This document shows, piece by piece, positions 60,721-64,000 of a DNA stretch of 64,000 nucleotides. Each line of letters starts with the position of its first letter. The first letter of the stretch is position 1. The DNA comes from Moniliella sp. 'wahieum' (taxonomy: Eukaryota): assembly GCA_003971905.1 (NCBI GenBank), contig RSEE01000114.1, positions 124,001 to 188,000 of the forward strand, read 5' to 3'. The notes under the pieces are model-generated. The model was not told where the DNA came from. It made no database searches and saw only the letters and a program-made list of their open reading frames with translations. A program made the position numbers and the translations under genes.

Positions 60721-62610
60721 ATGGCCGCGCCCGATGCCGCTGGCCAGGCCATGGACCCGCGCCGCCCCGATATACTTGCGCCCGAGTATGTCCAAGCTAC
60801 CGACCGCCGCGGCGATGGCGCCGGCAGCTACGGCCGCGCCCAGCACCCGCTGCTCGCCTGGACCCCGCCCCCCACTCTCCCCGGCGCGACCGCGCCGCTG
60901 CGACTGGCCCAGGTCCACTACTTTCTCCGCCACGGCGAACGCGCGCCGGTCCGCGAGCGTCTTGCCCACGCCTCTCCTCCCATCCCCACGCACTGGAACT
61001 TCTGCCAAGAGACCAACCGCTTCCGCCTCTCCGTCCTCCAGCGCCACACCCAGCTTGCCCGTGCGTCCTCCTCTCCCGAACCCACCATCGCCGCCTCCGA
61101 TCCCGCGGCCCAGGTGTGCGAAAAACTGTCGTTTGCCCGGGCCGACGCTAGCTTGGCCTCCGATTCACCCCCGCCGACGGCCAATCCGTTCCACCCGGCA
61201 TATACCAGCAGCACTGCCACCGCCACCGCCACATCCAACACCAGCCCACAGCTCGGCCCGCTGCCGCTCGCGCGGCGTGCAGTCGAAGCGGTGGACGGGC
61301 GTGGTGAGGCCGACGCCCTCCAGCCGGGCAACTGTCTCTGGGGCGAGCTGACAGACGTGGGGCGAGCTTCGACGTATGCGCTCGGTACGCGCCTCAAGCG
61401 TCTCTACATTGACCATCTCGGGCTCATCCCGCCCTTGCCCACGTTGACCCAGGCCGAGGGCGATGCGTGGATCTACATGCGTCATACGAATGTGCTCCGT
61501 TGTGCCGAGTCGCTGCAGAACGTAGTTGCTGCACTCTTGGAGCCGGGGAACCCCGTCGGCAGCGGGTCGGCAGCGGCAGCGGTGGCGCCCGTGACCGCGC
61601 CCAACGCGTATTTGCCCACCCTGAGGGTGCGCAACTCGTCGGATGAAAACCTGGTGCCCAATACGGCCGCCTGTCCCATCCTGCGCCGCTTGTTGCGTGA
61701 CTTTTCGGACCGCGCGGCGCGGCGCTGGAACCCAATCTTGGCTGGGTTCGACAGCCAACTTGCGCCGCAAAACGATGGTCGTCCGCTGAGGGTGGACAGC
61801 CAGCCGCGGCTGTCGGGGTGTTTGATACGTTGAACGCAGCCTTGGCGCATGGCCTGCCCGTTCCGGCTCCGTTTGATCCGCTTACACGGCGCCTCATGGA
61901 GCGGGCGGTGGTGGACGAATGGCTTGGGGGATACGTGACCCGGTCTGAGCGCGCCCGCACGCGTGTCCGCCGCCTTGGCTTGGGTCCGCTCTTGGTCCGC
62001 CTCGCAGACCAGCTTGAAACCAAGGCGTCGCTCCCGCCGCCAGCGCCGGGCACGTCGGGCCCAGGCGCGCAAGGCAGCGCCTATCAACAAGGAGCCAAAG
62101 CGACACGGGCGATGCTCGACCGGCGGACGGGACGCGCTTGGCAGTGTATGCGGCGCATGACACGACCCTGTCTGTGCTGCTGGCGACGCTGGACGTGTAC
62201 GAGGCACGCTGGCCCGCATTCAGTGCATCACTGGGGATTGAACTCTTTGCAGACGATCGACCTTCGGAGCGGCGGCCTTCGTTGGCGGGGCAGGCCGCGC
62301 GGGCGCTGGTGGGACTGGTGGGGCTGGGACCCGGTGGGGCCCGGCAGGAAGAGGAGGCTGGGCGACTGGGGTCGCGGCCGCATTATGTCCGGCTGCGCTA
62401 CGGCGACGACCGCTCCTGTTGCCTGTCTGCAGTGCCCCGGGCAAGCATCTCGCCTACACCGACCCGGCCACAGGCGAGCGGCACACCCACCCGGAGTTCT
62501 GCACTCTCGAGGCATTCGTCGCCGCGCTCCGGTCGATTGGGCCAACCAGCCCCAAGGAGTACGCCGAGCTGTGCGAGTTGCCCATGGAGCCGATCCACTT
62601 CCGGCAATAA
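60721..62610 (+). CDS. Histidine acid phosphatase (branch 2)
   Basis: RHGERAP catalytic motif; GELTDVG; LKRLYID; YAAHDTT; HYVRLRY; CTLEAF. Frameshifted. Confidence 0.88.
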
Positions 62611-62619
62611 ATGTGACCA

Positions 62620-63408
62620 ACCCCAAGATGTATCCTTCTGCCCTCTCCTCCCGTAGCCCACCCGACCACCATTACCGTCAATATCTTCGCCCAACACCCC
62701 CCAGCCGCCAGCCACGAGCGGAACTCTGGGACCCAGATGTGTCTTCACGCACCTCAACAACACGCTCATCGATCGTCAAGCTCTGCGCCGACAACGACTC
62801 GCGTGTGAACACTACCCCTCCCTGCATACACCCTCTGAACCGTTCGGCAGTCGGTGTCGGCCCCTATTTGCAACTGCAGTGTACTCCCCCACACATGTCC
62901 TTGCGTCACATCTTCTTCTTTGACCTCAACATCTGGGACTGGACCCGGAGCAGAAAGATTGCCCTCGGCCACCCCGCCCCACTGGCTAGCCACATTGATT
63001 AATCTCCATTCATCGCTATGCTCTCGGTTGAGAGTTGAGTGTGGGGCATGTTGGTTCGTTTGCATGTGTTCCCCGCACTCTTCTGCATCTGCTGCTGCTG
63101 CTGTATCCAAGCGGGCCGATGAGGATTGATGAGGGGAACCGACTCTCTTGCATAGTCGATATACTGTTCGGCGCACTGGGCTTGCTGCCCACACTTGCGT
63201 CTTTGCCCAATTTGCTTGTAATCCTTTGCCTTTTCCCCTGCTTGGAGCCAGCACCACGTTGCCGTGCACATGCACCAGATAGCATGAGGACGGTCTGACC
63301 ACCAGGGCAAAAAGCTCTCGGTAGTAAGCAGACCATGCTCCGCTTGTCCTCTTCCGGGGAAGATAAGTACGCCCTGACCATGAGGCCGATGGGTGCGGGT
63401 GCGGACAT
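62620..63408 (-). CDS. Possible hypothetical protein
   Basis: Three overlapping minus-strand ORFs (63016-63408, 62766-63302, 62398-62769) could join through single indels. No family recognised. Confidence 0.3.
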
Positions 63409-63525
63409 GGTTACGCCTTAAGTGCGTACCACAAAAAGGTGCTCCGGCCAGATGAACCCTCCGGCGCCCCAGTCCCATCGAAGCAACCGGACCCCATCCA
63501 CGCCATGGTCCACCTTCCAAGCCAG

Positions 63526-64000
63526 TCATGCACGAGTCAGTAGGCTGTACGAACGAAATGAACCCCATCCGAGCCCCCAAGCCAAACCATCTTCCACACG
63601 TACCGTCCAAACGCGATGGCGGAATCCGATCTGGGTCAACGTTGGTGCCGCGCCTTGAGCAATTGAGACCAAGTCCTCCTCCTCGAGCTGGCACTGAGAC
63701 CGAGCGGAGCTCAAGATGTGCAGGGTGCGTAAGTGCGGGCAGCGAGCGAGGTAGGTGGTGATTCGCTGAGCCTGGTCGTCCGCCTCGTACAGGTGCACGA
63801 CCAAGTCTTCCAATTGAGTAGCCGTGCGCGTGAGCAAATCCAGTTGGTCCAAGCTCATCCCGATCCCATAGATGCGGATCGTCCTCAGAGTGCGGAGGGG
63901 TAGTAGGGCCCGCAGCAGGCCCCAGTCTAATGAGGGACCGGACATGGGCAGGAGTTCGTCCTCGTCCTCGGAAACGCCACTATCCCCGAACCTTGCGGAC
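63526..64000 (-). CDS. LRR/RNI-like protein, C-terminal part (truncated by window edge)
   Basis: LRTLRTIRI, QLEDLVV, CPHLRTLHI, PTLTQIGF leucine-rich periodicity. True stop may lie near 63400. Confidence 0.55.
   Translation of the reverse strand, partial: SARFGDSGVSEDEDELLPMSGPSLDWGLLRALLPLRTLRTIRIYGIGMSLDQLDLLTRTATQLEDLVVHLYEADDQAQRITTYLARCPHLRTLHILSSARSQCQLEEEDLVSIAQGAAPTLTQIGFRHRVWTVRVEDGLAWGLGWGSFRSYSLLTRA

Noticed and set aside
1..64000. tRNA, rRNA and spliceosomal snRNA genes
   Set aside because: No cloverleaf or U1/U2/U5/U6 signatures seen by eye; a covariance-model scan could still find some.

Overview
Eukaryotic, GC-rich fungal DNA, most likely a basidiomycete of the smut-like Ustilaginomycotina type. 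This is inferred from compact genes, few short GT-AG introns with CTRAC branch points, and protein style. About 20 recognisable genes: PMA-type H+-ATPase (3' end), WRAP73/WDR8-like, ERV25, PRE10, class I myosin, an unusual LC8, DUF1308, a lipocalin-like protein, PRP16, MET8, SCO1, NAA50, HSBP1, SES1, MRN1/Nrd1, GCIP-like, PMT1, SCS7, TOM22, SAF1-like F-box/RCC1, PIG-Y, a histidine acid phosphatase and a partial LRR-like protein. Most are broken by small indels, best explained as uncorrected long-read assembly error, so gene boundaries are approximate. A gene-poor, lower-GC island of about 11.8 kb (48.9-60.7 kb) holds a 5'-truncated CRE-like (REL endonuclease) non-LTR retrotransposon, decayed intron-containing genes and an acidic 33-bp repeat family. 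The most unexplained signal is a recurring set of 7-bp-period non-coding arrays with different sequences but a shared 'palindromic hexamer + 1' geometry. All assignments are by eye from remembered motifs; no searches were run.
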